Of a stretch of 11,396 nucleotides of DNA, positions 8,736 to 11,396 are shown in pieces (the first letter of the stretch is position 1; each line of letters begins with the position of its first letter). Below the pieces are notes generated by a model. It did not search any database, was not told the origin of the DNA, and saw only the letters and a program-made list of their open reading frames with translations. Source of the DNA: Arcobacteraceae bacterium (GTDB taxonomy: Bacteria; Campylobacterota; Campylobacteria; Campylobacterales; Arcobacteraceae). The stretch covers positions 1-11,396 of the forward strand of contig CBDCZH010000017.1 of NCBI GenBank assembly GCA_965224485.1, in the 5' to 3' direction. A program made the position numbers and the translations under genes.

Positions 8736-9016
8736 GCGCAAAGCCTGCCCTTGGGGTATAAAATATCACGCTCTTGCTTCAATAGCTTATTCTCTTTTCT
8801 TAGACGTTTAAGCTCTTCATCTGAACTTTCAGTTGAAGATTGATTAACATTCCTTGTTGGAATATTATGCTCTTTTTTATACATTGTAACCCAGTGATAT
8901 AATGTCTTGGAATTAAGACCTAAATCTTCAGATACTTGAACAACATTCTCTTTGTCATTTAAAATTAATTGAACTGTTGAGTCCTTAAATTCTTTACTAT
9001 ATTTCATCTTTCTCAT
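8678..9016 (-). CDS. IS3-family OrfA (HTH + leucine zipper), C-terminus altered by a 23-nt insertion
   Basis: KYSKEFKDSTV..VSEDLGLNSKTLYHWV..ELKRLRKENKLLKQERDIL. The canonical tail KKAAAYFAQEVL* is present but out of frame. Confidence 0.9.
   Translation of the reverse strand: MRKMKYSKEFKDSTVQLILNDKENVVQVSEDLGLNSKTLYHWVTMYKKEHNIPTRNVNQSSTESSDEELKRLRKENKLLKQERDILYPKGRLCAKRQRHILHKKFYKICLDF
8736..8758 (-). other. 23-nt GC-rich insertion TACCCCAAGGGCAGGCTTTGCGC in the IS3 slippery site
   Basis: Removing it restores GAT ATT TTA AAA AAG GCA GCG GCA TAT TTT GCA (DILKKAAAYFA) and the A_AAA_AAG motif. Confidence 0.8.
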
Positions 9017-9092
9017 ACTAACCCTTATTCATTTATTTTATCTCAGAATTGTTAAATTCTGAGTATGAATTTAGGTTACCACTCCACTTCCC

Positions 9093-9246
9093 CTGACTTT
9101 GATAAAAATATTTAGGAACCCGAAGGGCTTTATCATTTCGTCAGTTGCTTCTTTTTGTTTCTTTTTCTGACAATTAAGAAAAAGATGCCGGAATGAAATG
9201 ACTAAATTCTGCTTGCAGACCAAAAAGTGCAAAGGTTACTTTGTAT
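9093..9246. other. Multi-hairpin non-coding segment (structured RNA or MITE-like remnant)
   Basis: Stems: CTGAC/GTCAG, TGATAAA/TTTATCA, CCC-GAA-GGG, TCTTTTTCT/AGAAAAAGA, TCTG-CTTG-CAGA, GTGCAAAG-GTTA-CTTTGTAT. Confidence 0.45.
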
Positions 9247-9319
9247 GAGCCCTTAATATTTAATCATTGTTTTTAAGTTTTAGTTAAAAAAAGTTAACTA
9301 ATTAGTGCCAGGCACAAAA

Positions 9320-9654
9320 CTTTTTTTTATTAGTTGTGTTTAAATGAGGAATCTCTAATCAACTTGACCATATTTTGAATTGAGTTTCTTTTTATTATAA
9401 CAATTTCTTGAGTTTGTTTTTTTTCATAACCTAAGTGAGTTATTCTTGTGCAGTTTCTTGTAAAACTTCTTTTAATATTGATTTAAATTCATTCTCTAAA
9501 GAGTCTAAACATTTAAAAGTACCTTCTTTACTTTGTCTTTTTAATTCTTCTAAATTTAATATTGCCATAATGTAAATCCTTAAAATTAATTTACTAGATA
9601 GTCTATCTAATAAATTTCTGTTTTAAGGTTTCCACAGATATATTTACACTCCCC
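9320..9654 (-). pseudogene. Decayed, truncated IS256 left end (IRL plus 5' part of the transposase)
   Basis: The reverse complement begins GGGGAGTGTAAATATATCTGTGGAAACC and tracks 6435-6809 (ATGGCAATATTAAATTTAGAAGAATTA...) with an in-frame stop and deletions. Confidence 0.92.
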
Positions 9655-9722
9655 AATAATTTAAGCTATACCTCTAATGTTCAAGAAACACTTTAGTTGA
9701 AAAGTATTTCTTCTAAATCAGA

Positions 9723-11396
9723 CTAGAATGTATACATTAAATTAAGATGCGCTTGAGTGTGTGACTTATCATCACCTTTTCCATACTCAACATCGAGAGA
9801 AAAGTCTATATTATTTTTTGTAGCAATATGTAAATTAAGACCTGCATAAGCAGAAGATACGTTTTTATCACCAACATCCGCAAAACTAAAATGACTATCT
9901 GCTAGCGTTCCTGTTGTATCTTCACTCATAATATTCAATGAGTTAACACCAAGTCTAAACTCAATTTCTTTATTTTTATCAAATATGTAAGCACTCGCAA
10001 TTTGAGCACGTGTATTTAAGGACTTTCCTTTGCGACTGTTGATACTTAGGTTTGAATTACTAGTTCCTGATTCTTTATAGTTATCAAATAATTCTATATT
10101 GTAATGGGCAGAAATAGAAGGACGGAGTTCTATTGAATCTGTTATCTTATAATTATTATACAAGGAGATAGATGGACTTAAAAAAATACTATGGTACTTT
10201 GATTTTGCCAGTTCTTCACCCTTAAGGTTATTAAGGATTGAACGTGTATTTTTATGGTCATTATATCCAAGTATTAAAGTAGTTGTTAGATTAATCAAGC
10301 TCGTATTAAAATTACCATAAGCACCTATATAGTAACTATTAGTGTCGATATCAAAGGAATCCATTACTGACTTTGTGTTAGCCTTCGCTAAACCAAGGAA
10401 AAAAGCAGCATTAGTTGTGCTATCTAAGACCTTTTCATGAGCAAGCATAAATCCAGTTTGATTAGACTTATAAGCTAAAGCATTCTTCTGAGTGTCACTG
10501 TTAATTTTACTTGCAAATATATGCATCCAGGTTTGAGACTCATCTTCAATAGGAACACCCCTAGTATTACTTCTACGATTTCCACGTTGATTAATAGTTT
10601 GATGAACAGAAGTTGTGAATTGAGCTAAAGTTACACTATGAGTAGATTGTGCAGTAGGATCAATAGTTATAACAGTATTTCCATTTTTTACACCTGCTGT
10701 AAATAAGTTTATATTTTCAACATTCTCAAAAGTAAGTGAAGATGATCTACTTCCACCATAAATATTTACTGTATCGTTATAACCAGTATTACTCAAATTT
10801 ATTCTACCTAATATACTAGAGCCTGCTAAAAGGTTTAGTGTTGCATCTGATGCACCAACAAAAGAATTAATAGCATAAGTATTAGAGCCAATTGCCGAAA
10901 TATTACCACTGTTATTTATAGTAGCATTATTACCACCAATGTAAATAGCCTTACTTCCTGCGCCTATTGCGGAAATACTACCACTATTGTTAAGAAGAGA
11001 ATCTTTTCCATTGAATAAAACACCAGCACCATTGGTACCATTAAAAGAAATAATACCACTGTTATTGATAGTAGTATTATCGGTAGTACTATCAGCACGA
11101 ATAGCAAAAGAAGAATCTCCTTTTGCAAAAATGCTACCACTGTTGTTGATTATTCCATTTACATGAAATAAATTAATACCATGGACACCTAAACCATTAG
11201 TTGAAATGACACCACGATTAATAATTATATTATTTAGACCACTACTTTCTATCGCCTGAAAACTATTTATAAGTAACTTAGCATTTTTTTCAATTACGAT
11301 TGTATCATTATTTCCTAATGACTGTTGGGTTGTTACAATATCACCATCTTTAATAACGATGTTTGCCGCTTTAATTTGCGAAAACAAAGTAAAAAA
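9723..11396 (-). CDS. Autotransporter (type Va) with a short beta-helical passenger; true start at 58 across the join (567 aa in total)
   Basis: About 24-aa repeats (INNSGSIFA, INNSGIISF, LNNSGSISAIG, INNSGNISAIG) and a C-terminal beta-barrel-like region ending LNLMYTF. Confidence 0.88.
   Translation of the reverse strand, partial: FFTLFSQIKAANIVIKDGDIVTTQQSLGNNDTIVIEKNAKLLINSFQAIESSGLNNIIINRGVISTNGLGVHGINLFHVNGIINNSGSIFAKGDSSFAIRADSTTDNTTINNSGIISFNGTNGAGVLFNGKDSLLNNSGSISAIGAGSKAIYIGGNNATINNSGNISAIGSNTYAINSFVGASDATLNLLAGSSILGRINLSNTGYNDTVNIYGGSRSSSLTFENVENINLFTAGVKNGNTVITIDPTAQSTHSVTLAQFTTSVHQTINQRGNRRSNTRGVPIEDESQTWMHIFASKINSDTQKNALAYKSNQTGFMLAHEKVLDSTTNAAFFLGLAKANTKSVMDSFDIDTNSYYIGAYGNFNTSLINLTTTLILGYNDHKNTRSILNNLKGEELAKSKYHSIFLSPSISLYNNYKITDSIELRPSISAHYNIELFDNYKESGTSNSNLSINSRKGKSLNTRAQIASAYIFDKNKEIEFRLGVNSLNIMSEDTTGTLADSHFSFADVGDKNVSSAYAGLNLHIATKNNIDFSLDVEYGKGDDKSHTQAHLNLMYTF
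11369..11396. repeat. Terminal direct repeat, copy 2
   Basis: Identical to 1-28. Confidence 0.97.

Larger units (their letters stand above)
6425..9086 (-). mobile_element. IS3-family insertion sequence, with IRR interrupted by IS256
   Basis: IRL at 9086-9061. IRR reconstructed from 6425-6434 plus 7789-7804 (TGGAACGGTA+ACTGAATTTCATACTC), 21/26 identical to IRL. TG..CA ends; about 1.3 kb once IS256 is removed; no target duplication seen. Confidence 0.9.

Noticed and set aside
8767..8769. GTG start for a standalone 316-aa OrfB
   Set aside because: In frame only because of the 23-nt insert; OrfB is normally reached by a -1 frameshift.
10890..11150. Regularly spaced CCACTRTTRTT repeats as a CRISPR or other array
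   Set aside because: They encode the NNSG passenger repeats and are short and degenerate.
11385..11387. TTG start of the autotransporter as given in the ORF track
   Set aside because: The frame stays open to the window edge; the ATG, RBS and signal peptide are at 58 across the join.

Overview
AT-rich window with a Campylobacterota-like gene style (Arcobacter/Sulfurimonas-type; taxonomy is inference). The first 28 nt are identical to the last 28 nt, and an autotransporter gene reads in frame across that join. The window therefore behaves as an 11,368-bp circle or collapsed repeat unit, with no recognisable replication gene. Cargo: a membrane-bound HD-GYP phosphodiesterase with two PAS domains, an orphan OmpR-family regulator, a divergent chemoreceptor whose periplasmic domain is homologous to that of the HD-GYP protein, an autotransporter, and a truncated HAF-repeat gene. 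A nested IS pile-up spans 6118-9654: a decayed IS3 left half, an IS3 whose right inverted repeat is split by an IS256 and whose frameshift site carries a 23-nt insert, a multi-hairpin non-coding segment, and a decayed inverted IS256 left end. Three further solo IS3-type ends lie next to cargo genes. Both divergent promoters carry a matching 11-bp-period direct-repeat box.
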